A stretch of 64,000 nt of DNA, taken from contig DXJF01000050.1 in NCBI GenBank assembly GCA_019057375.1, positions 32,001-96,000 on the forward strand, given 5' to 3'. The stretch is from Candidatus Heimdallarchaeota archaeon (lineage in GTDB: Archaea; Asgardarchaeota; Heimdallarchaeia; Heimdallarchaeales; Heimdallarchaeaceae). The translations under genes were made by a program, and so were the position numbers. The notes beneath the pieces are model-generated. The model did not search any database. It was not told where the DNA came from and saw only the letters and a list, made by a program, of their open reading frames with translations. Below are positions 27,964 through 36,617 of the stretch, piece after piece; the stretch's first letter is position 1, and every line of letters starts with the position of its first letter.

Positions 27964-29376
27964 ATGAAAATACTTTTCGATGAAACTCAAAAAGAGAGAG
28001 GAAAAATTTTTGAGAATTTTCAGAAACTAGCAAACATACTAGAAGGAGAAGGACATGAAATAAGTAAACATGATTCATATCCGATAAAATATTCAAACAT
28101 TTCCAAATATGATATCTTTGTTTTCTTGTGTCCTGATGGTTCAAAGATTATGGGCCATGAAGTTAAAGCTTTGCTAAGATTTGTTGATGAGGGAGGAGCA
28201 TTAGCTGTTTTCACTAATGCAGGAGGAGATAAAGGATTAAATACTAATCTGAACACACTACTTAAACATTTTAAGGTGGAAATTGTAGCTAATCAAATTT
28301 TTGATTACCAGAACTTTGATTTGGAATTAGAAAGTAATGTAATTGTTTCAAAATTCTATAAGCACCCAATTACTGAAGGTCTTAGTGAAATAACGATGGT
28401 TTCCAGTTGCTCTTTACATCTCCAAGCAGGAGTAGAGGAACTAGCTAGGACAAAAAAAACAAGCGACCCACCAAGTTCTGCTGTTATGGGCATATCGTCT
28501 TATGGTTTAGGAACAGTTTTTGTATGTGGTTCATACCTAATGTTATCTGATTCCAAATCTGGGATTGAGTTAAGAGATAATTCTAAATTAGCTAAAAACC
28601 TATTCAAATATGTATTAGTTCCGCCAACATTTACAAAACAAGATGAAGAACTTGCAGAAGAAGCTGAAGAAGATATAGAAGAGACTGTACAAACAATAGA
28701 AATTAAAGAAAAAGATAGAGAAAAACCTTTTGAATCTGTGAGTAAAATTGATATGGTTAAGGAAGCTCTCTCTAAAGGAGAAACAGATACTGTTAAGGCT
28801 GAAGTTATAAAAGCCATGAAGTCATTAAAAGAAGAAATCAGATCTACAAAAACTGTTGAAAGAGAACCAGAAATAAAAGCACCTCACAAAAATGTTTACG
28901 AATCAATTGCAATAATTCAGGAATTGGAGAAAGATATAGATGAATTGAAAATCGAAGATCCTGGATATCGCGATATTCTGCTGACAGATATGGCTCGCAG
29001 AGAAGGAATTGATTACGCACAAATCCTGCCTTATTTGGAAAGAATTCGTGAAAAAGAAGAACGCGATAAAAGCAAAAAGGAAAAACGTAAAAAAGCTGCT
29101 AAATCTGTAATTAAGGGTGACATTACTTCAATACCAGAACCTAGAACTCCTGAAATGGATCAATTTGAGAAAGATATCATGATTTTTGATCAGGAATTAC
29201 AAGTAGATACAGAAGTTCAGAAAGTTCAACCTGTAGAACAAATGCAAAAAATTGATGATCTTACTCAAGCTGTTAGAGAACTTAAAAATAGTCTTGATGT
29301 TTTAAGTGCAAATCTTATTCATCTGATTAGTGAAATTGTTCTGGAAATGAAAGAGCAAAAAGGCAAGAAAAGATAA
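27964..29376 (+). CDS. GIFT (IFT52/GldG-like, DUF4350-like) domain protein with a coiled-coil C-terminus
   Basis: ILFDETQKE...LLRFVDEGGALAVFTNAGGDKGLNTNLNTLLKHFKV resembles the IFT52 N-terminal domain. No signal peptide; acidic/coiled-coil tail. Confidence 0.65.
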   Translation: MKILFDETQKERGKIFENFQKLANILEGEGHEISKHDSYPIKYSNISKYDIFVFLCPDGSKIMGHEVKALLRFVDEGGALAVFTNAGGDKGLNTNLNTLLKHFKVEIVANQIFDYQNFDLELESNVIVSKFYKHPITEGLSEITMVSSCSLHLQAGVEELARTKKTSDPPSSAVMGISSYGLGTVFVCGSYLMLSDSKSGIELRDNSKLAKNLFKYVLVPPTFTKQDEELAEEAEEDIEETVQTIEIKEKDREKPFESVSKIDMVKEALSKGETDTVKAEVIKAMKSLKEEIRSTKTVEREPEIKAPHKNVYESIAIIQELEKDIDELKIEDPGYRDILLTDMARREGIDYAQILPYLERIREKEERDKSKKEKRKKAAKSVIKGDITSIPEPRTPEMDQFEKDIMIFDQELQVDTEVQKVQPVEQMQKIDDLTQAVRELKNSLDVLSANLIHLISEIVLEMKEQKGKKR

Positions 29377-29392
29377 CCTAGGTCTGATAAAG

Positions 29393-31156
29393 GTGAGGTT
29401 CAAAGATTTATGCGAGTGTTATTTTAGATTAGAGAATACACAGAAGAAACTAGAAATGGTTGATATCTTAGCTAATACTTTATCCAAAGCAGATGGGAGT
29501 GAGATAGGTAAAATTTCTCTTATAACTTTAGGTAAGCTTTATCCAGATTTTGTTGGGATCGAATTAATGCTTGCAGAAAAAATGGCAATCAAAGCTCTAG
29601 CCTTAGCAACAGGTAAGAGCGAGAAAAATATTCTAAACTTCTTAGAAGAAATAGGAGATTTAGGTAAAGCAGTACATAAACTTCTAGATAATAAATCACA
29701 ATCGACATTATTAGCTTTCACAAATCAACAAGAGACTGAACAATATGATGTTGTTGATGTCTGGAAAATTCTTGATACAATTTCTCAAACTTCAGGAGAA
29801 GGATCAGCAGATAAGAAAATAAGGATCTTATCTGGTTTATTATCAAAAGTTACATCTCTGGAAGCAAGATACATCTCTAGGGTGGTTGCAGGAAATTTGA
29901 GAACAGGTGTTGCAGTACAGTTATTGCTTGAAGCGCTATCAAAGGCGAAAACTGGTTCGAAAGAAAACAAGGAATTTTTGGAGAGAGCTTACAACCGATG
30001 TTCAGATATAGATCATGTTTCATCAGTTCTGTATAAAGAAGGTCTTAAGGCTGTCAAGGAAATTGAAGTAAGGGTATTCAGTCCTATTAAAGTGATGCTT
30101 GCACAAAGAGTATCAAGCTCAGAAGAATTACTTGAAAGGTTTAATGGAAAATGCTCTCTAGAGTATAAATATGATGGCTTAAGAGTTCAAATTCACAAAA
30201 AAGATAATCAAGTGAAATTGTTTTCAAGAAGTACTGAAAATATAACAAAACAATTTCCTGATGTTATTGATTTCATTAACAATGCTGCTCTAGAAAATGA
30301 GTTCATTATAGAAGGAGAAATAGTTGCATACGATCACGAAAAAGAAGCAATTTTACCTTTTCAATATGTTTCCCAGAGAAAAAGAAAACATGATATAGAT
30401 CAAAAGATAAGTGAAATTCCTGTTAGAGTTTTTCTTTTTGATGTTCTTTACAGTAATAATACTTCCAGATTAGATTTTAATTATCTTGAAAGGAGAGAGA
30501 ATCTACAGAATATAGTTAGAGAAACTAACAGCATCAAGTTTTCCCATCAAACAATTACTGACAACTCAGATGAAATAGATAATTTCTTCCATAAAGCACT
30601 CCAAGATAGTTGTGAAGGGATTATGGGAAAAAGTATTGGAAAAGATTCTGTGTACCAAGCTGGAGCGCGGGGTTGGAATTGGGTAAAATATAAGGCAGGA
30701 TATGATGCAAAATTATCTGATTCTTTTGATTTAGTGATTCTTGGAGCAGAATATGGAAAGGGAAAACGTGCAGGTAAATATGGAACCTTCCTACTTGGAT
30801 GTTATGACCAGATTGAAGGCGTCTATCAAACCTTTACTAGAATTGGAACAGGATTCTCTGATGAAGATCTTGCATATTTCTTTCAAGAACTCAAACCCCT
30901 TGAAAGAGAGAAACCTAAAGAATATCAAAGTGACATTGAAAGCAGTATCTGGTTTGACCCTAAGATAGTTATTGAGGTAACAGGAGATGAAATAACTAGA
31001 AGTCAAATGCACACTTGCTCAAGAGGTTTATTAGAAAAAGACATGGATGGCTTGGCTTTAAGATTTCCTAGATTTACAGGTAGGACTGTACATGACAAAG
31101 CTCCAGAACAAGCCACTACAAATGATGAAATACGCACAATATATTTAAAGCAATAA
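29393..31156 (+). CDS. lig: ATP-dependent DNA ligase
   Basis: Adenylation motif EYKYDG, IEGEIV, FLFDVLY, EGIMGK, WVKYK, DLVILGA and LRFPRF. Confidence 0.97.
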   Translation: MRFKDLCECYFRLENTQKKLEMVDILANTLSKADGSEIGKISLITLGKLYPDFVGIELMLAEKMAIKALALATGKSEKNILNFLEEIGDLGKAVHKLLDNKSQSTLLAFTNQQETEQYDVVDVWKILDTISQTSGEGSADKKIRILSGLLSKVTSLEARYISRVVAGNLRTGVAVQLLLEALSKAKTGSKENKEFLERAYNRCSDIDHVSSVLYKEGLKAVKEIEVRVFSPIKVMLAQRVSSSEELLERFNGKCSLEYKYDGLRVQIHKKDNQVKLFSRSTENITKQFPDVIDFINNAALENEFIIEGEIVAYDHEKEAILPFQYVSQRKRKHDIDQKISEIPVRVFLFDVLYSNNTSRLDFNYLERRENLQNIVRETNSIKFSHQTITDNSDEIDNFFHKALQDSCEGIMGKSIGKDSVYQAGARGWNWVKYKAGYDAKLSDSFDLVILGAEYGKGKRAGKYGTFLLGCYDQIEGVYQTFTRIGTGFSDEDLAYFFQELKPLEREKPKEYQSDIESSIWFDPKIVIEVTGDEITRSQMHTCSRGLLEKDMDGLALRFPRFTGRTVHDKAPEQATTNDEIRTIYLKQ

Positions 31157-31178
31157 GATAAACTACATGTGAAAGTAT

Positions 31179-31745
31179 ATGTTCGGTAAGAAAAAGAATT
31201 TGTCTGAAGAAGAAATTTCAAAGAGGCCTAGTGAGGCTCTAAAGATTCTTAGTTCAAATATTGAAAACTATCACGGATACAAAGAATTAGAGCTAAGAAG
31301 AGATTCTGATGTAGCTTTCAGAACAAAATTACTTACACTAATGAGGGAAACTGGAGATATGATGAGTCAAGTGCATGAACTTCTAATCCATTCACAATTA
31401 TTAACAAGTTGGGGTCCGGCGGGAATAGTCATGAAAATCGTTTCAGATATGAGAAAAGAAGCATCAAGTACAGATTATAAGTATAGCACATTTTTTGATG
31501 TAAAAGAAGTTGAAGGTGAACATGGAATTGATTTATCCATTCTTTACTTACTAGAAATAGATATTTTGGATAACGCTGAAGAATTTAAAGACAAAATAGT
31601 AGATGTAAAAGTCAATCTAGAGGAGATGATGTTGGATACGGTAGAGAATAATATCACTTCTCTCATGACTCTGAGTAGCAGCGTACAAAATCGGTTTAAT
31701 GAAAGAAATGAGTTACTCCGAGCATTTGAAAAGATGAAACTCTAA
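31179..31745 (+). CDS. Conserved all-helical hypothetical protein
   Basis: YHGYKELELRRDSD and YSTFFDVKEV motifs in a 188-aa helical ORF. Confidence 0.65.
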   Translation: MFGKKKNLSEEEISKRPSEALKILSSNIENYHGYKELELRRDSDVAFRTKLLTLMRETGDMMSQVHELLIHSQLLTSWGPAGIVMKIVSDMRKEASSTDYKYSTFFDVKEVEGEHGIDLSILYLLEIDILDNAEEFKDKIVDVKVNLEEMMLDTVENNITSLMTLSSSVQNRFNERNELLRAFEKMKL

Positions 31746-32044
31746 ATATGCTTTCCAATTATTTTCTTCAAAAGTAAATCATTATCTTGATCCTTTATTA
31801 CAACTATTTTGTTTCTAGACTTTAACCCTCGAGAAATAGAAATAGAAGAGGAGGGAATTTTGAATGTTTTAGTTAAACAACTTAATACTGATCTATTTGC
31901 TTTACCTTTATCTGCTGGCTCCTTAACATAGATATCTATAGAAAAATCAGAAACATCAATCCTATTTACTGAAGATTTTGGATGAACTCTAATTGATAAA
32001 AAGACTTCATCATTCCTAATTTCAAAAGCTGGATGTGAAAACAA
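31742..32044 (-). CDS. DUF167/YggU-family protein
   Basis: IRVHPKSS, VKEPADKGKAN and ISRGLKSRNKIV. Confidence 0.9.
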   Translation of the reverse strand: MFSHPAFEIRNDEVFLSIRVHPKSSVNRIDVSDFSIDIYVKEPADKGKANRSVLSCLTKTFKIPSSSISISRGLKSRNKIVVIKDQDNDLLLKKIIGKHI

Positions 32045-32066
32045 AAAAACACCAATTGAATCCTTA

Positions 32067-32426
32067 TCAAGCTACTTTTGCTGCAAGTCTTGCTGTAGTA
32101 GCATAAGCTATGTCTTTCTGTATATTGGCTGGAGACCAAGAAATTACACAACCCGCCCATTTTGGACAACGGGCAACAATTAAATGTCCTTGACCGCCCA
32201 TGTTGGTTGAGATCAATCTCTCAGGAGTCATTGTGATTACTGTAAATTTTAAACCTCCACCAAAATCAATGCTTGGTTTTTGATTTTTCCATGAATCGAA
32301 AGGTATTGTAGGGTCAACAGCCCAGTCACCATATTGAAAATAACATTTCAAATCATCCCCAATTAACCAAACCACTCCAACAGTTCCTTCTTGAGCAGCT
32401 ACTGCAACATCGTCTTGAAAACTCAT
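32067..32426 (-). CDS. Asgard-type profilin
   Basis: 119 aa. YGDW...W...KFTVITMTPERLISTNMGGQGHLI...AYATTARLA matches the pattern of Asgard profilins as I recall them. GGTGA RBS at 32434-32438. Confidence 0.8.
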   Translation of the reverse strand: MSFQDDVAVAAQEGTVGVVWLIGDDLKCYFQYGDWAVDPTIPFDSWKNQKPSIDFGGGLKFTVITMTPERLISTNMGGQGHLIVARCPKWAGCVISWSPANIQKDIAYATTARLAAKVA

Positions 32427-32575
32427 GATTCTTTCACCATTTCTGAATTAATCTATTCCTTATTGTATTAAATATTTTTTCTTACGGGTAGATTAGTTTA
32501 CCTAGTATCTTAAATATTTAATATGGGTAATTTAGGAACATATTTGAATACGTACAATCTTTAATCTTATTAAGA

Positions 32576-35146
32576 ATGTTAGACGATGAAGTAAACGTTA
32601 AGAGAAGACGTATTCTCCGATTTATTAGAGATTTAGATTTACGTTACATACGTGGTTCAATTGATAGAAGAACCTATCAAACTTTAAAAAACAAATATAA
32701 GGAACTTCTAGCAAATCTTCCAAAAACTATTACTGCAGACGAGGAAAAGAAAAAACTAGAAGAAACCAAACAAAAATTACCTGAAGTTGAACAAGACATT
32801 CATCAAATTCAGATAGGGGAAATATCAATTCCAGCTGAAACTGAAACTGGTGAACCTCAAATTAAGACAGAAGAAGTGTCGGTACCTACTGAAGTCGAGA
32901 TCGTTAAAGTAACCGAGATTCCCATTATTGAGCTTGAAGAAATCCCTCCTATTGAAATTGAAGAATTAAAAGTAAGATATGTTATGAATATGGCTATAAA
33001 GGCAGCTACAAAGACATTCGAAGAGGAAATGGCCCTAGAGCAAGAATATATGTCTGGTAAAATTGATGACCAGGAATATATGGAAAAAAAGAATGAAGTT
33101 GAAGCCAAGCAACATAAAATCTTTCAACATTTTTACAAATTATCTGAGCTATTATTTTCTGTTAGCACAGAACATTTATACAAAAACACTCACAATAATT
33201 TTCTACTTTTTAACAATGAGTTGAGTGAAAACATCAATAGGTTAAGACGTCTTGTTACAGATAAGAAAGAATTGAAGGGAATAATCTATGATATTAATGA
33301 AAGAGTGTTAAGACATCGACCTATTCTCCGAAAAGCAGCTCAAGATACTCTAAGATGGAAGGTTATTATTCAACAGGAAAGAGAAAATTTTAGAATTTTC
33401 AAGGAGAACAACATAGATGAAATTTCTGAAGCTCAGATAGATGAATTAACCAGAAAAATCAAGCAACTCGAAATTTATGAGGAGCTATTAGATGAAGATG
33501 TTAACGATTACGCTAAAGATTTGGATGCCTTGGATGTAATTTATGGAGAGCATCTACAGTTTCAAGAAATAATAACTCCTTACTTCAAAGATCTAACACT
33601 TGAGACAGAAAATCGTATTCAAAAATATAGTGAAATTATTAGTGCCCTACAATTTCGCAATCAATTAACAGTTGCAACCAGTGCATCAAGTAGGGAGATA
33701 GATTATCAGCTGTTATCAGAACTTAAAGCACTTTGGAGATATTCTGGTAAGCCTGTGATTGATGAACAAAAGGATTTAGTTGGTTTTGCAGTCGGTCCTG
33801 GACAACTAAATGAGAAATTTGGTATAATTCTAAGGCAACAACAAGAGTTATCGCTCTCTATGGTCAGAAGGATTTACGATAATATCGTAACACAAATTAG
33901 TGGAGAATCTGAACTGGAAAATGAAAAAGAGAAAAAAGAATTTTTGTTAAATGAGCTACCTAAAAATATACCACAAATGCCTTTTACATATTTAATACCA
34001 GAAGCGATCATAGAATACTGCAAGATTAAGGGTTCAGTATTAGCAGAAGAAATAATTGAAATAATTCTTCAACCTCAAAATTATCTATTTGTTCCCATTG
34101 AGAAAATAGAGAAAACGGCAAGAGAAATGAAAATAAAAAGTCAAGACATTATCCAAAATGGTGATGTACTTCCTTATTTCAATCCAGCAGAAAGCAATAT
34201 TATTAATGATAAAATTACTGAAAATAAAAATATTGCTGCAAGAAATGTTTTTGGAAAGGCAATTGGTAAAGCCCATTCTGTCATATATCACCCTATGAAA
34301 GGATACTTCCTTGTTGTAGAAAAGAAAAAAGTATCTGCTGATCTTTTTGGAATAATTTATGATTTCTTTTATGATGTTTACAACCAGCCGCTCATTACTC
34401 GAACTAAGATATCTCTTCGAGATAAAAGGAAAAAGATTCTAGAAGATTTTTCACAAGAATATGACAGAACTGAGGATGAAATAGATGATATTGAAATGCT
34501 GAAAAGGATTTTAATTGAGAAAAACTCTGGAATTCTCCCTGAAAAAGTAGAAAATTCTAAATTTTCATTATATTCAATGGGCAATGTTAGACAAATTGGT
34601 AATATGATTCAGGTTAGTTACGGTGCTCCTTCATTTGAGTTAAATGAAATTTTTGATTTAGAAGGTAAAGTAGTTGAAAATGTAAAAGGTACAGAAATTG
34701 GTATTGTATATAATTTACAACTTATGGAAAAACCCTTCCTCTATTTATGGACATCAATTGACCTATTATTAATTGCTTCTTTCATCAGTGAATTTCCAGC
34801 TTCACTGTTTGAAAAAGATCAGAATTTCATTGATAACTTAGCTATTTCTATAGGTAAACAACTGAGTATAGCTCCGCAGGTTGCACTCAGACCTGACATA
34901 GTAATGACCTTTATGAATCTCATAGGTAAAATTGGAAATCTTGCGCAAATGAAAGAAACGATGGAAAAATTCAATCCGAAAACTATAGAATTAAGCAGAA
35001 TTATTTCAGTTGATAAGCGTAAAATATTAGCTGATATAAGTGATAAAGAAATTATGGAAGAAATTTACACTGACTTTGAAGTAGGAGATGCTGAAGATGA
35101 GAATAGATTTGTTACATCTCCTGATTACTACTTAAAGGAACAATGA
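32576..35146 (+). CDS. SHOCT-like/coiled-coil protein with three PRC-barrel-like repeats
   Basis: Two SHOCT-like motifs and a long coiled coil, then GKPVIDEQKDLVG, NVFGKAIGKA and GKVVENVKGTEIGIV units. Confidence 0.55.
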   Translation: MLDDEVNVKRRRILRFIRDLDLRYIRGSIDRRTYQTLKNKYKELLANLPKTITADEEKKKLEETKQKLPEVEQDIHQIQIGEISIPAETETGEPQIKTEEVSVPTEVEIVKVTEIPIIELEEIPPIEIEELKVRYVMNMAIKAATKTFEEEMALEQEYMSGKIDDQEYMEKKNEVEAKQHKIFQHFYKLSELLFSVSTEHLYKNTHNNFLLFNNELSENINRLRRLVTDKKELKGIIYDINERVLRHRPILRKAAQDTLRWKVIIQQERENFRIFKENNIDEISEAQIDELTRKIKQLEIYEELLDEDVNDYAKDLDALDVIYGEHLQFQEIITPYFKDLTLETENRIQKYSEIISALQFRNQLTVATSASSREIDYQLLSELKALWRYSGKPVIDEQKDLVGFAVGPGQLNEKFGIILRQQQELSLSMVRRIYDNIVTQISGESELENEKEKKEFLLNELPKNIPQMPFTYLIPEAIIEYCKIKGSVLAEEIIEIILQPQNYLFVPIEKIEKTAREMKIKSQDIIQNGDVLPYFNPAESNIINDKITENKNIAARNVFGKAIGKAHSVIYHPMKGYFLVVEKKKVSADLFGIIYDFFYDVYNQPLITRTKISLRDKRKKILEDFSQEYDRTEDEIDDIEMLKRILIEKNSGILPEKVENSKFSLYSMGNVRQIGNMIQVSYGAPSFELNEIFDLEGKVVENVKGTEIGIVYNLQLMEKPFLYLWTSIDLLLIASFISEFPASLFEKDQNFIDNLAISIGKQLSIAPQVALRPDIVMTFMNLIGKIGNLAQMKETMEKFNPKTIELSRIISVDKRKILADISDKEIMEEIYTDFEVGDAEDENRFVTSPDYYLKEQ

Positions 35147-35190
35147 TATCAAAATAATTTTATTCTATTGAGATAATATAATTCAAGACA

Positions 35191-36072
35191 ATGAAAAACA
35201 CATTTCTAGGTTTCTTTGATCAATCTTTTGAATCATTAGACAAACTTAAAGAAAAAAATACACTTTTTCTTTTCGGCATTCCATTCGAAAGAACAAAAGA
35301 TAACAAGAGAGGGTCTAGAAAAGCTCCCAATGCTCTTAGGAAAAAATCTCTTGAGTTTAGTGCAGTTTCAACTACTTTTAACATCTACCAGAATAAAGCA
35401 AATTACTATGATATTGGAAATTTTCATCCAATTAAGGAAAAGAAGAAAATCCAAAAACTCTGGGATAAGGCTTTAGATTTGAATTCTAGAATTTTAGTTT
35501 TAGGAGGAGACCATAGTATAACTTTCGATACACTTTCTCTTGCACCATGGGATGATAAAACTGCATTAATTTGGTTTGATGCACATTCAGATCTAGCAGA
35601 TGAATATCCTCCCGGAATTTTTCAATCACATGGTACTGTTTTCGCTAATCTGAAAGACAAACTAGAACTGGAAAAAGACCAGATGCTGTTTATAGGTGGT
35701 CATGCATATACTCAAACCACCACAGAATATTTGAAGATTCAAGAAGAGACAGAAGTATTTCATGTACCAACTCAGAAGATATTTTCAAATAAGTATGATT
35801 CGTTAAAGATTATCTCTGAATTTGTTTCCAACTTTGACAGAATTTATGTGAGTATTGATGCAGATGCATTTGATCAAGCTTATGTCCCCACACTTGCTAC
35901 TATGGAACCTTTTGGATTAACTCCCCAGTTGATTGTAGAAATGCTAGAAATTATTTTACCTAGAACCAAATACGTTGACATAGTAGAATTCAGACATTCA
36001 TTCCTCAATAGAACAGCATTAAATTTTGGTGTTGGTTTGATTTTCAAAATTCTTGAATTATGGGAAAAATAA
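35191..36072 (+). CDS. speB: Agmatinase/arginase-family ureohydrolase
   Basis: GIPF, GGDHSIT, DAHSD, SHGT and SIDADAFD. The Mn-binding motifs are intact. Confidence 0.85.
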   Translation: MKNTFLGFFDQSFESLDKLKEKNTLFLFGIPFERTKDNKRGSRKAPNALRKKSLEFSAVSTTFNIYQNKANYYDIGNFHPIKEKKKIQKLWDKALDLNSRILVLGGDHSITFDTLSLAPWDDKTALIWFDAHSDLADEYPPGIFQSHGTVFANLKDKLELEKDQMLFIGGHAYTQTTTEYLKIQEETEVFHVPTQKIFSNKYDSLKIISEFVSNFDRIYVSIDADAFDQAYVPTLATMEPFGLTPQLIVEMLEIILPRTKYVDIVEFRHSFLNRTALNFGVGLIFKILELWEK

Positions 36073-36117
36073 CCGATAGAGAAGAAACTTTATTTTTATA
36101 TATCACATATATAGGTT

Positions 36118-36504
36118 ATGTCTCCCAAAAAAATTATTTTAACAGATAAAGCTCCAGCACCTGTAGGACCTTATTCCCAAGCAATCAAGGCTGGAAATTT
36201 CCTTTATGTAGCAGGTCAAATCCCAGCAAACCCAGCAACTGGAGAGATTTACTATGGTGATGTAAAAGTAGCTACAAAACAAGTATGTGAAAACATCAAA
36301 GCAATTGTAGAAGAAGCAGGTTACACACTTCAAGATGTTGTAAGATGTAGGGTATATCTAAAAGATATGGAACAATTCTCAAATATGAATGAAGTTTTTG
36401 CTCAATATTTCGGAGATAGCCCTCCTGCTAGAGTAGCTATTGAGGCGAAAAGGTTACCAAAGGATGTAGATGTGGAGATATCTGCAACTGCATGGAAAGA
36501 GTGA
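36118..36504 (+). CDS. ridA: RidA/YjgF enamine-imine deaminase
   Basis: [21 protein letters not shown]...PPARVAI...LPKDVDVEI with the conserved Arg. Confidence 0.95.
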   Translation: MSPKKIILTDKAPAPVGPYSQAIKAGNFLYVAGQIPANPATGEIYYGDVKVATKQVCENIKAIVEEAGYTLQDVVRCRVYLKDMEQFSNMNEVFAQYFGDSPPARVAIEAKRLPKDVDVEISATAWKE

Positions 36505-36518
36505 TCTTCCTTTTCGTA

Positions 36519-36526
36519 TTTTTTTT
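36519..36526 (+). terminator. Oligo-T terminator after ridA
   Basis: T8 run 15 nt after the stop, in a convergent intergenic region. Confidence 0.5.
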
Positions 36527-36617
36527 CTTACTCTGTACTTATATAATCTTTTGTTAGATTAAATTAAACGATTCAAGTTTAAGAAAAGAAAATGAAAATT
36601 TTTAGAAGAAAAATCGT

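Noticed and set aside
27827-28144. 105-aa minus-strand ORF
   Set aside because: It overlaps the GIFT gene antisense and the MinD/GIFT promoter region, with low-complexity hydrophobic composition.
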